This document shows, piece after piece, positions 27,419 to 36,602 of a DNA stretch of 64,000 nt. The notes below the pieces were generated by a model. The model had not been told where the DNA came from and did no database searches. It was given only the letters and a program-made list of their open reading frames with translations. Position 1 is the first letter of the stretch. Each line of letters opens with the position of its first letter. Made by a program: the position numbers and the translations under genes. The stretch lies in the sequence record NC_042013.1; one strand, 5' to 3'.

Positions 27419-28126
27419 TTAGTGCTTTAGTTTAAAAAGTCGTTCTATACTTTCTTTATTTCCACCGGATTTTCCATTTGCACTTAAAGATGACTTAACT
27501 GTCTTCTCCCAAATAATCTCAAAATCATCAGGGGCTGAATATTCAGAAATAAAAACATCATGTGTTTTTGAAATATCCCGTACCCAATTCCAAAACTTGT
27601 CAGAGTCGAATTGGTCCTTATATCCTGTTGTATTAGAATATGGTGGATCACAATAAATCACAGCTTCATCTGGTATGTACATTTCATCGTATGAACCGCA
27701 AGAGAAAACAACATTTTTTAATTTGTTAACTTGCTTCATAATGTTGGTAAATGCTTCTTTTTGATAATCGCGTAAACCATTTTTTGTTTTTGTTTCTCCT
27801 GCATATCCACCAAACCATTTTCCTGAATATGAACAATTAAATCCGACATACCCAACAATGTGGTCCGGTTGCTCAAAGCGTTTACACGATTGATAAAAAT
27901 CGCGATCATAATAATCAGGAACCCAACCATCTTGTAACGCTTTCCACATCGCGATAAGATATTTGTTAGAATCATTTGCATAGCACGGACGAACATCCGG
28001 TACTTCGGCAATCATATTCATACCACCACCGAACGGTTCAACATATGGTCGACCATCAAACAAGGTGATTGTTTTTTCAAATATTTCGCTCGCGAAACGT
28101 GCCTTTGAACCCATATATTTCATCAA
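27419..28126 (-). CDS. DNA adenine methyltransferase, Dam/D12 class
   Basis: KYMGSK, YVEPFGGG (SAM binding), IYCDPPY catalytic motif. Confidence 0.88.
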   Translation of the reverse strand: MMKYMGSKARFASEIFEKTITLFDGRPYVEPFGGGMNMIAEVPDVRPCYANDSNKYLIAMWKALQDGWVPDYYDRDFYQSCKRFEQPDHIVGYVGFNCSYSGKWFGGYAGETKTKNGLRDYQKEAFTNIMKQVNKLKNVVFSCGSYDEMYIPDEAVIYCDPPYSNTTGYKDQFDSDKFWNWVRDISKTHDVFISEYSAPDDFEIIWEKTVKSSLSANGKSGGNKESIERLFKLKH

Positions 28127-28803
28127 TGTTCCTTATAATATTGCTCAAGACGACGCAACCATTCGTCCTTTGCATTTTGTAGTTCCACGCCTTCCCAAAT
28201 AAACTCTTGATACGCAAGATCGCGTGAAACCATAAAGATAACACCTTTTTTCATTTTCGTACCATATATTTCATCGTGGGCCATCATATAAGCAGCCGTT
28301 TGCAGGGAATAATCCTCGATATGTTCTCTCTTTTTTGGCTTTTTTGTTGTTTTATAATCCATTATCGCATCGTCACATTCATATTGACCAACCAAGTCAG
28401 TTGTTCCGGCATATAGGCCGGGGTAATATAAGACGCGTTCCATACCGTATACTACTGATATTTTAGGAAATGCGTTTTTTACAATGACATTTGCCATGTT
28501 ATTAGCCATCTTATGGATGACGTTTTTTTTAGGATTAATATCCTCTTTAAGCATTGTTTTTTCGAGATTATCGTGCATTAATGAACCGAGGTTGGTTGCC
28601 TCTTTTGTTATTCTTGCGGCTTCCTCAAGACCTACTCGCTTTTTCCATTCCTCGAGTTCAGGTTTATAAGAGGTAGCGCTTAATATAGTTGTAACAGATG
28701 GGAGATTGTTACCATCAGGGTCAACATAATGTCGGACTCCTGATTCAAGAGTAACTCGTTCTAAATCGGTATACTCAAACTTTTCTATAATTTCCGGTAT
28801 CAT
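28123..28803 (-). CDS. PD-(D/E)XK exonuclease (MGME1/exonuclease VIII-like)
   Basis: LPSVTTIL, G..MH, YAGTTDL, IMDYKT, Q..AY. Confidence 0.82.
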   Translation of the reverse strand: MIPEIIEKFEYTDLERVTLESGVRHYVDPDGNNLPSVTTILSATSYKPELEEWKKRVGLEEAARITKEATNLGSLMHDNLEKTMLKEDINPKKNVIHKMANNMANVIVKNAFPKISVVYGMERVLYYPGLYAGTTDLVGQYECDDAIMDYKTTKKPKKREHIEDYSLQTAAYMMAHDEIYGTKMKKGVIFMVSRDLAYQEFIWEGVELQNAKDEWLRRLEQYYKEH

Positions 28804-28867
28804 GTAAAAATCCTTATGTAAGATTTGATCTTAACATAAGGATTTCTGAGTTTTCAATATTTAGTAG

Positions 28868-29080
28868 TTATACGGTTTCTTTTCGATCCTCAATTGCTAC
28901 CTTGGCGGCAGCTTCCGCGAGATAAAAACCAAGCTTGGTGTTGACCATTGCTTCATTAACAAGATCGATAGCTGTCATGTTAATCTTTTCAGCCGAACGT
29001 TCAAACAACGCAGGAAGAACATATGAATCCTTAGAAGAAACGCTGTAACGAATTGCGAATTCAACAAGTTGTTTTTCCAT
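28868..29080 (-). CDS. Hypothetical early protein
   Basis: ATG 29080 with AGGAG RBS; directly behind repeated promoter. Confidence 0.75.
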   Translation of the reverse strand: MEKQLVEFAIRYSVSSKDSYVLPALFERSAEKINMTAIDLVNEAMVNTKLGFYLAEAAAKVAIEDRKETV

Positions 29081-29096
29081 TTTGTATCTCCTATAA

Positions 29097-29139
29097 CGTT
29101 TCGATGATGTAGTTATACACCATCGAAAAATAAAGTCAA
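29097..29139 (-). promoter_or_regulatory. Repeated sigma70-like early promoter with inverted repeat
   Basis: TTGACTTTATTTTTCGATGGTGTATAACTACATCATCGAAACG. Confidence 0.85.
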
Positions 29140-29333
29140 TAGTTATTTTCGGGTCCACCAAAAGCGGTGTCTTCTACCAACTTGCTAAGAGATTTTTTGG
29201 CTTTTTCTTTAGAATATTTTGGTTGTCCCCGTTTTAATGGATTGTTTTTAGCATACGCAACGTATAGTGGGTCTTTCCCATCACACGTATATACGTCATA
29301 TTCAACCATTTTTTCAGGAAGAGACAAAGCCAT
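29136..29333 (-). CDS. Hypothetical protein
   Basis: 65-aa ORF. Confidence 0.55.
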   Translation of the reverse strand: MALSLPEKMVEYDVYTCDGKDPLYVAYAKNNPLKRGQPKYSKEKAKKSLSKLVEDTAFGGPENNY

Positions 29334-29344
29334 TAATTACGCCT

Positions 29345-29770
29345 TTATAGTCCGAAACGCATACCTTCAAGCATATCATTTATATGCTTGATGAATTTAA
29401 GTGCATCCGTTCTGCGTTTGAAGAACAACGTTCTATCACAACCTGCACAACGCGAATAGGTATCCCATTCGATTTGGTATTCGCCAATATTCGTTTCTAG
29501 CCATCTCTTACAATGATTTGAAATGACATATGGTTTACGAGATTCACCATCAAGTTCCTCATAGGTTCGTTCGTCACCAATATTAGTCCATATAATTTGA
29601 TTTGCTGGAGTTTCAATGAATACATTAACAGTGTTGATCTGATCAAAATAATAACGTTCAGCCGTTACAATTGATCGATACCCGTCTCGCATTTCACCAT
29701 CGCCAGCAACGAAAAAAATATTGTCGGAACCAATGGTCAATCCGTGTTTCTTTTTAACATACTTAGACAT
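29345..29770 (-). CDS. Hypothetical protein
   Basis: AAGGA RBS; 141 aa. Confidence 0.75.
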   Translation of the reverse strand: MSKYVKKKHGLTIGSDNIFFVAGDGEMRDGYRSIVTAERYYFDQINTVNVFIETPANQIIWTNIGDERTYEELDGESRKPYVISNHCKRWLETNIGEYQIEWDTYSRCAGCDRTLFFKRRTDALKFIKHINDMLEGMRFGL

Positions 29771-30149
29771 TTACATATCCTTTTAGCCAATGTTGGTGTT
29801 CCGCAGTCATTACATTTTTAATAATCATATGTTTAACCGCTGTGTGGGTTGCCGGATGATTATCTGGATTGCAACCAATTTTAGTTAGCTGGCCGCGCCG
29901 AAACTTATCGATGTTTTTTTCAAGATTTTCAATTGCAATATCCGCACTTTTGCGTGCATCTTTCGATTCTTTCGATACGATCTTGATAGCCTCAATATCA
30001 CGTTCAGGTGCACTGGTAAGGTTATCAAGTGCTGCCTTCTTAACGTCTGCCTCCAATACAAGAGCATTGATAGATGCTTTTTCCGTAAGACACGTTGTTT
30101 CGAATGCGATATCTTCCTTGATAAGAGTTTCGATAGAATACTTAGACAC
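29763..30149 (-). CDS. Hypothetical helical protein
   Basis: GTG start with AAGGA RBS. Confidence 0.7.
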   Translation of the reverse strand: MSKYSIETLIKEDIAFETTCLTEKASINALVLEADVKKAALDNLTSAPERDIEAIKIVSKESKDARKSADIAIENLEKNIDKFRRGQLTKIGCNPDNHPATHTAVKHMIIKNVMTAEHQHWLKGYVNV

Positions 30150-30432
30150 TGAAATTCCTTTCTTGTTTTATTTCATTTATGCGATCAATACGTTTAGATA
30201 TTTTTGCAAGAATAGCAAAAAAATCAGAACGTTGTCTATAGAAATCTGATTTCGTATACAGTTTTCTTTTGCGAATTTGAGCTAAGCTATCAAAATCACC
30301 CATTTGAAAATAATTCAAATAACCGATTAATGCAAATTCGTCGCAAGATGCGTGCCTAATCATTTCTATCTTGTCATCTTTATCTGAGGATAGATATTTA
30401 AGTTTTGCGTTGATATCTCGACCTATTGCCAT
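30142..30432 (-). CDS. Hypothetical protein
   Basis: 96-aa ORF overlapping its neighbour. Confidence 0.65.
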   Translation of the reverse strand: MAIGRDINAKLKYLSSDKDDKIEMIRHASCDEFALIGYLNYFQMGDFDSLAQIRKRKLYTKSDFYRQRSDFFAILAKISKRIDRINEIKQERNFSV

Positions 30433-30440
30433 TTATTATC

Positions 30441-30839
30441 TCAATTTTTAAAATCGATCTTAAGACCGCGACGGATAGCCTCTCTAAAGATGGCAGTTGA
30501 AACAATCATTTTTGATGCAAGGCCATCACCGCCGCCAGCAAATTTAACAAAACGATCAAATGGGATAGTATCGCCTTCAAATCGACGGTGAAATGGAAGG
30601 CTGTAATAGTCGAATGCCATTACCGCCGCGATGATTGTATCGTCGGTTTCCAATTTGAGGAGATGGATAAATTCTGAAGGGCGATATGTTGAAAGATCAC
30701 ATCCAATTTCAGTTTGACCAGAAACGAACTGGCAAATATAACCTCTGAAATCGCCATCTGGATAATGTTCGCGACTCAATACGACGCCAAGACCGTAATA
30801 TGAACACCATACCAAATCGCCAATACTGAAATCGTCCAT
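30441..30839 (-). CDS. Hypothetical early protein
   Basis: AGGAG RBS; TTGACT-N16-TATTAT upstream (30870-30897). Confidence 0.75.
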   Translation of the reverse strand: MDDFSIGDLVWCSYYGLGVVLSREHYPDGDFRGYICQFVSGQTEIGCDLSTYRPSEFIHLLKLETDDTIIAAVMAFDYYSLPFHRRFEGDTIPFDRFVKFAGGGDGLASKMIVSTAIFREAIRRGLKIDFKN

Positions 30840-30903
30840 AGCTATCTCCTACAAAAAAACACTAAGGAGATAATACACGAACTTACATTAAAGTCAATAC
30901 TTT

Positions 30904-31188
30904 TTAAAAAGGAGAAACATCATTAAGTTCGGCAATAAACGAAATTGCCTCTTCTGGACGTTTGAACGTAGCGATACCGTCACGAAACATATCACCCTCG
31001 TGTTTTACGGCAAACGTATTTCCTTTACGGGTGAGTATACATTTGTTTTCACCAGTGAAAGTGAAAATAGAATCTGGTGATAAATGAATTTCTTTTTTTG
31101 TAAACTTAAAAGAATCTTTATTAGCTGGCATTATCCAGTTTGATACATTACCATCTAATTTTCTAACTGCGTTAGGTGGGGGATTCAT
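30904..31188 (-). CDS. Hypothetical protein
   Basis: ATG 31188 with AGGAG RBS. Confidence 0.7.
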   Translation of the reverse strand: MNPPPNAVRKLDGNVSNWIMPANKDSFKFTKKEIHLSPDSIFTFTGENKCILTRKGNTFAVKHEGDMFRDGIATFKRPEEAISFIAELNDVSPF

Positions 31189-31190
31189 TT

Positions 31191-32111
31191 TTAGTCTCCT
31201 GAACACGCTACTCTAAACGAATTTTCTAAAAATCCTTGCATTGTACCTTGAATAGTATCGGTGTTTTCAAGAATATCAGAAAACGTTTCAAATGACATGT
31301 TATCAACGTGGGTTTCACGTACAATATTAGCAAAAACTTCGTATGAACAGCATGTTTTTGCTTTTATAAAGTTGCAAATAAATTGATCATCACCATCAAA
31401 ATATTTGTCTGCGGTGAATTTCAAAATATCAATTGGATGTTCATTTGGGTATTTAATAAAGGTGTTCGTCATTTTCCAAACGATGTTGCTCAAATCTAAC
31501 GTTGTACGTGGTTCAGAAACCGCCACAGGAGGCTGTACAATAGCAAGAACAATAGATTCGGTCAATACGTTATCAACGATCTCAAGCCCTTCCTTGACGA
31601 TCTTAGCCGTAGCAATAGGGCTTTTAATTCCACGTGGCATAAGTTTTTTATCAACGAAGTCGTCATACATTTTTTGACTTGCTAACATTGTTTTACTGTT
31701 AGAAGACATGTATGCGATAATTTTGAAAGATTCGATGTCATACTCGGTGCATCCACCAAACATTTCTTTTGGTTTCCAACAATTTTCTTTGAAAACTTTT
31801 ATTGCTTCAGACTTTTTAGGAAAACCAAGCATGACTTTATCTTCATCATACTTTTTTCCATCAGACGTTAATTGGTGAATTACGTATACTTTAGAACCCT
31901 CAACTGGTTTAGGACGAACCCATACGTCAAGATTTTCACCATCCGGTGAATTGGTTCCTAAAATATATCCATATGTTGCCGTGACTTTACGACGCCATTT
32001 TTCCCCAAGATGATTAGTACCAGAGCGGTATGTTCCAGCCTTATCTTCTATAGAAATATCCAGACCATCGAATTTTAATTTGCCAACGACCTTACCCTCG
32101 AATACGATCAT
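31191..32111 (-). CDS. Inorganic-pyrophosphatase-like (InPase-type) domain protein
   Basis: YGYI.GT..PDGENLDVWV and DEDKVMLGF match the family I PPase YG..P.T...DGD.LD / D.K.I layout. Confidence 0.7.
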   Translation of the reverse strand: MIVFEGKVVGKLKFDGLDISIEDKAGTYRSGTNHLGEKWRRKVTATYGYILGTNSPDGENLDVWVRPKPVEGSKVYVIHQLTSDGKKYDEDKVMLGFPKKSEAIKVFKENCWKPKEMFGGCTEYDIESFKIIAYMSSNSKTMLASQKMYDDFVDKKLMPRGIKSPIATAKIVKEGLEIVDNVLTESIVLAIVQPPVAVSEPRTTLDLSNIVWKMTNTFIKYPNEHPIDILKFTADKYFDGDDQFICNFIKAKTCCSYEVFANIVRETHVDNMSFETFSDILENTDTIQGTMQGFLENSFRVACSGD

Positions 32112-32494
32112 TTAGAAAGGTTCCTTTTTACCGTATTCATTGCAGACTTTTTAATTTTTTCTTTTTCAACTTCTTTTTGATCTTTGTTGACGTAACGATC
32201 AGATTTTACGCTGTTTAGAAAGTAGATATACATTTCACCGCCATCCTCAGGGTTTCTTTCAACCTTTAGGATTGGCTTAATACGAGACGCTACCGATAAA
32301 ATCAAATCATTATCAATGATAGTACCCTGATATTCAGGTTCATTGTTTAAAAATTCTATAACTGATGCTACCGGAACTTTGTCTTTACCGGCTGAAATCA
32401 ATGGTGTTATATAATTTACAATGTCTTTTTGAGCTTGACGTTTAATGTCAAGCTCTTCAAACAAAGATGATTCAAGTAAATCGATAAGTCTCAT
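32108..32494 (-). CDS. Hypothetical, probable head-associated protein
   Basis: ATG 32494 with AAGGA RBS; N-terminus MRLIDLLES. Confidence 0.75.
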   Translation of the reverse strand: MRLIDLLESSLFEELDIKRQAQKDIVNYITPLISAGKDKVPVASVIEFLNNEPEYQGTIIDNDLILSVASRIKPILKVERNPEDGGEMYIYFLNSVKSDRYVNKDQKEVEKEKIKKSAMNTVKRNLSK

Positions 32495-32522
32495 ATTATA
32501 TTCCTTGTAAAAGATGGAGTTA

Positions 32523-34838
32523 TTAAAACTCCATACTTCCACCAATCTGACGGCCATTCTCAAAAGATGCAACCGTGTCGTCACTCATCCAATCGGTTAC
32601 GATGAATTTTGATCCAACTTTATCAACGTGCTGAACATATCCGTTCTTTGAATCGTCTTTTGCCCACTTAGCGGCTTCTGCAAAAGAATCAGCGCGATAA
32701 TTAAAAGTTTCTTCTAATTTCTTGCCTTTTTCTTTCTTAGCTTCAAGCCACATTGGTCCTTCAACCTGCTTACCTTTTTCAAAGGTAGCAACGGTCTTTT
32801 TCTTATCATAGAATTCAGAACCTTCGTAATGTTTACCAACAGCATTCACATAAGATTTCTTTCCTTTACGTGAACGGGAAATTGCCCAATCAGCAACTTT
32901 TTGAAAATCAGTATTTGAATACTTTTCAGTTTCATTTGTTTTATCTGATTTCTGCGCAACTTCTTCGGTAACTTCAGGACCGCATTCTGCAAGGCGCTCA
33001 GTAACGGTTGCAAGACGGTTGTAATATTTTGATTTCAGGCTTTCGTCTGTATCATTTTCTTCCATCTTAGCAATAGCTTTTTCAAGAGCTACTTTCTTTG
33101 ATTTGAGCATATCCTCGGTGCAATTACGTTCAGATACGTAAGTATTTGAAGCGGTTACACCATTGATTTCATAACCTTTTTCCAAAGCTTCTTTAAACCA
33201 TTTGCGTGCTTTATTGATATCGCCAAATTCCTTAGAACCTTCGCGACCTACTTTGGTGCTATAGCTAATGACGATATCCGATACGTTTTCTGGATTTTCG
33301 AAAATATCAAGCTTATCAGTGATATCCGCATTGTCTTCTGAAAGAACCGGATTTAATGATTCTTTACGGGTAATACGAACTTCATCAATCTGGCAACCAT
33401 TTGCAACCAACTTGTAGCTTTCACGCTGTGCACGGTTCATTGCTTTAAATTCACGATGACCGAATTTGCCAGCAGGAGTCATGTATGTGAAATATACATT
33501 GTCAACTTTCAACGGATCGCTATAATCTTCTTCGTTTTCTGACAATGTTGCTTCACGAACAGCTACATCTGAAAGAACATCACGATAGTGGGATTCTTGC
33601 AAAAGTGGCTCGGAGTTGGTGATAAAATCTGATACCTTGTCACTAGTTTTACCAGTGCTTTTAATTGTATTTTGAATTTTCTTTACCGTTAGGCGTTCAG
33701 CAGGCGTCATGCTTGTGGTAGCCGCAGTCATTGGCTTGTTGCCAAGATTTTTGTCGGTTTCCATGCTGGAAGCAATTTTAGCCATCACGTTACCAGCTTC
33801 TTTTTTTTCATTATTATTAAGAGGCTTCAAAGGAGAAACCGGCTTAACGGGTTGTGTATCCTCTGTAAGGTCAGAAGGATTTAGATTAGCCAATGGATTA
33901 AAAAGCTGTGCCGAAAGACCAGCGCCGTATTTCTTTTGACCAATCCAGCCAGCCAAATCTACTGGATTTGTATTTTTAGCTGCTGCAACGTCTGCCATTA
34001 ATTTTTCTTTTTTATCAGCAGGCATTCCAGATGTAACATTTTCATTTAACCAATTAACCAATGAGTCAACGGATTCTGTCATAAGAAGAATTGTTCCAAT
34101 TTTTCTATATGAACCCAAAACCTCGTTATTCAAAGATTCGCGAATAGCTTTAACCTTATTGCGAAGATTGTCTTTACGTGCAACTGACTTGGATTCTTTA
34201 ATAGTTTTGTTAATCGTACGGATTTGTTCTAATGAACGATTAACAGATTCTACAAGAGCGGTCTTGTTAAAAGAGCGGGATTCTTTCTGTGCGCGTCCAA
34301 GCGGTTCCGCCGCGCCAAATAAGTCGTCTTCCTCGATGTCTTCTTCGTTTTCGTCACCGTCCTCGGTATCGTCAACAGCAATTTCGGATTCATCTTCAAC
34401 ATCAACCGAAATATCTAGATCGTCGCCATCCTCGAAAGATGACATATCGTTATCAATCTCTTGGACTTCTTTTCCTTCAAGAGAAAGGATTGCGTTACCA
34501 ATTGCATCTTTTGATTTACGAATAACGTTAAGGCTATCCAATAAGGAATCGGTTGTTGTTCTTTCCCAATTAGCAGAAAGTTCTGGACCAAAAGAGCCTT
34601 TGATATTATCGGCAATAGGAAGAACGTCCGCTTGCATTTTAGCAATATCGCCAGCAATTCTCTGGAGCTTGTCTTGGATGTCTTTTGCCGCAAAAATAAG
34701 TTCAGCTTGTTCTAGATTGTTTTCAAGAAGTGCGCTAATACGGGTAGACTTGATAGAATGTTCAATAAGCTTTTCACGCTTTTGAACTGCCTCATCAAGT
34801 TGTTTTTTGATTTGTTCGATTTTCTTCGCTTTACTCAT
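32523..34838 (-). CDS. Probable prohead scaffold/core-like protein
   Basis: Coiled-coil N-terminus, long acidic tract, many L/V-x-E sites, duplicated C-terminal modules; function is inference. Confidence 0.6.
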   Translation of the reverse strand: MSKAKKIEQIKKQLDEAVQKREKLIEHSIKSTRISALLENNLEQAELIFAAKDIQDKLQRIAGDIAKMQADVLPIADNIKGSFGPELSANWERTTTDSLLDSLNVIRKSKDAIGNAILSLEGKEVQEIDNDMSSFEDGDDLDISVDVEDESEIAVDDTEDGDENEEDIEEDDLFGAAEPLGRAQKESRSFNKTALVESVNRSLEQIRTINKTIKESKSVARKDNLRNKVKAIRESLNNEVLGSYRKIGTILLMTESVDSLVNWLNENVTSGMPADKKEKLMADVAAAKNTNPVDLAGWIGQKKYGAGLSAQLFNPLANLNPSDLTEDTQPVKPVSPLKPLNNNEKKEAGNVMAKIASSMETDKNLGNKPMTAATTSMTPAERLTVKKIQNTIKSTGKTSDKVSDFITNSEPLLQESHYRDVLSDVAVREATLSENEEDYSDPLKVDNVYFTYMTPAGKFGHREFKAMNRAQRESYKLVANGCQIDEVRITRKESLNPVLSEDNADITDKLDIFENPENVSDIVISYSTKVGREGSKEFGDINKARKWFKEALEKGYEINGVTASNTYVSERNCTEDMLKSKKVALEKAIAKMEENDTDESLKSKYYNRLATVTERLAECGPEVTEEVAQKSDKTNETEKYSNTDFQKVADWAISRSRKGKKSYVNAVGKHYEGSEFYDKKKTVATFEKGKQVEGPMWLEAKKEKGKKLEETFNYRADSFAEAAKWAKDDSKNGYVQHVDKVGSKFIVTDWMSDDTVASFENGRQIGGSMEF

Positions 34839-34919
34839 GGGTTAATTTCCTCGAAATTAATTCGCGGCTATGACCACGAAAAATTGCGTTCACACATATA
34901 TACTATTTAACAATATCAA

Positions 34920-35612
34920 TTATAGACGAATATTCGCCAGAATTGATTTGATATGATCTGACGCCATAATAGCATTTGCTTTAGCAACTTGAAAACGTGA
35001 TTCGTAAACACCGGCAGATGAATGCTCACCGGCTTCTGTGCTTTTTTCGTAACGCTGTTTGAAAGTAACTGCATCTTGACGATTACGGCGATATTTTTCT
35101 TCATGATCAAGAATTTCATTGATCTTTTCGTGTTGGATTGGATAGCCTTTCTGAAGGTATTTTACAATAGCGTCAGCCGCTTCTTTAATAACCAATTTAC
35201 CAACAATCGTATTTGATGAATATCGTTCGACTACATCATATTCTTTTCGAACATTGCTACCCTCAACAAGGTAAGAACGAACCTCAAATGAATTAGGAGA
35301 ATAGTTTTCCATCTTTGGTGCAGAAGTTACAGGAGAAGAATAATAATCAACTACACTATTTGTTTCTTGATGGTGGTAATCTGTCTTCGTGGTTTCAATT
35401 GAACTGTCACCACGCATCGTGTTTACAACGTTCTGTGCTTCTTTTACAGCATCTTGTGTTACGCCACGAAACCCCTCCAAAATTTTTTTCATTTGGGCAG
35501 TTCCGTCATCCTCGAATGAGGTTTCACGTTCCACTGGTGATGTGCTTTTTGGTGTTCTGCCATAGCCACCATTAATTACATCCATAAAATATTGCATAGA
35601 ATCGTCTGACAT
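34920..35612 (-). CDS. Hypothetical structural-region protein
   Basis: ATG 35612 with GGAG RBS. Confidence 0.7.
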   Translation of the reverse strand: MSDDSMQYFMDVINGGYGRTPKSTSPVERETSFEDDGTAQMKKILEGFRGVTQDAVKEAQNVVNTMRGDSSIETTKTDYHHQETNSVVDYYSSPVTSAPKMENYSPNSFEVRSYLVEGSNVRKEYDVVERYSSNTIVGKLVIKEAADAIVKYLQKGYPIQHEKINEILDHEEKYRRNRQDAVTFKQRYEKSTEAGEHSSAGVYESRFQVAKANAIMASDHIKSILANIRL

Positions 35613-35613
35613 A

Positions 35614-35841
35614 TCACATTCTCCAAAAATCTTGCGGTTCGTTATATTTAAAACACACATTACCATCTTGGTCTGTGAATTTCAAAATTATTCGACGGCT
35701 GTATAATTTTCGAGCGAGTTCGTATTCTCGTTCATCGAGTTCATCAACGGGGAAAAGATCACGTTCAATGATCTTTTCCACTAGATTAGTTTCTTCAGTA
35801 GAAATGTACGTTGGGATACCGACGATATCTATAAATTTCAT
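35614..35841 (-). CDS. Hypothetical protein
   Basis: ATGA overlap with the upstream gene. Confidence 0.7.
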   Translation of the reverse strand: MKFIDIVGIPTYISTEETNLVEKIIERDLFPVDELDEREYELARKLYSRRIILKFTDQDGNVCFKYNEPQDFWRM

Positions 35842-36206
35842 CTCTTGCTCTCGGTTACATAACGAACGCCTTGTTCGCGGATAACACCTGTGAGGCGCTC
35901 AAGCTCGCTAACCAATTCTTTAAATTCGCCAAGCGGAACTTCTGGGAGTTGAGCAATGATTTCGTCAATATGTGTGCGCACTGACTCAAGTGCAGAACTA
36001 CCAATAACTGCAACGGGTGCAATTGCGTCTACGGCCTGAACAGCATCATAATCAATCGCATCAAAATCAGGAACTTCATATTCTGAAAAATCTGAATTTT
36101 CCCAATCGTCAAGTTCTACATCGTAATCAACTGTTTCGATTTCTTCTTCAGGAGTAGGTTCAATGAAAAAGTCATCTTCATTAAGTTTCAAATCTTTATA
36201 ACGCAT
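35838..36206 (-). CDS. Acidic hypothetical protein
   Basis: N-terminus MRYKDLKLNE; AAGGA RBS. Confidence 0.72.
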   Translation of the reverse strand: MRYKDLKLNEDDFFIEPTPEEEIETVDYDVELDDWENSDFSEYEVPDFDAIDYDAVQAVDAIAPVAVIGSSALESVRTHIDEIIAQLPEVPLGEFKELVSELERLTGVIREQGVRYVTESKR

Positions 36207-36276
36207 TTTTTGTTCCTTTATGTCAAAACTACGACAAATAATAGGTAAAATTTATATTTTGAACGTATCATGAATG

Positions 36277-36308
36277 TATTTATTAAACCGGGAACAAACA
36301 AATAAATA
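36277..36308. promoter_or_regulatory. Back-to-back ATAAATA late-type promoters
   Basis: Minus copy 36277-36283, plus copy 36302-36308 in a divergent gap. Confidence 0.5.
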
Positions 36309-36356
36309 TTAATAAGCACAGGAATATCTTTTATCAAGTCAGGAATTAGTGAAGCA

Positions 36357-36602
36357 ATGGGTGAGGTTATTAAGACAGTCTTGGCCGTACTGAATGGTGG
36401 CGGTTCAGAAGCGGTCATAGCGTTGCTTCTTATAATTGTAGCTTACTTAGGCTATAGTAATTATAGACTGCAACAAGATTTTAGAAATAAAGACGAACGC
36501 ACCGACAAGGTGGTTGAAGACTATCATACAAGTAATAGTATCTTGACTGAAGCAATTCAACGTTTGAATCAGTTGATATCAGAAATCAAGAATAAATTAT
36601 GA
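36357..36602 (+). CDS. Small single-pass membrane protein with coiled-coil tail
   Basis: Hydrophobic AVIALLLIIVAYLGY segment, then a charged helical C-terminus. Confidence 0.7.
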   Translation: MGEVIKTVLAVLNGGGSEAVIALLLIIVAYLGYSNYRLQQDFRNKDERTDKVVEDYHTSNSILTEAIQRLNQLISEIKNKL

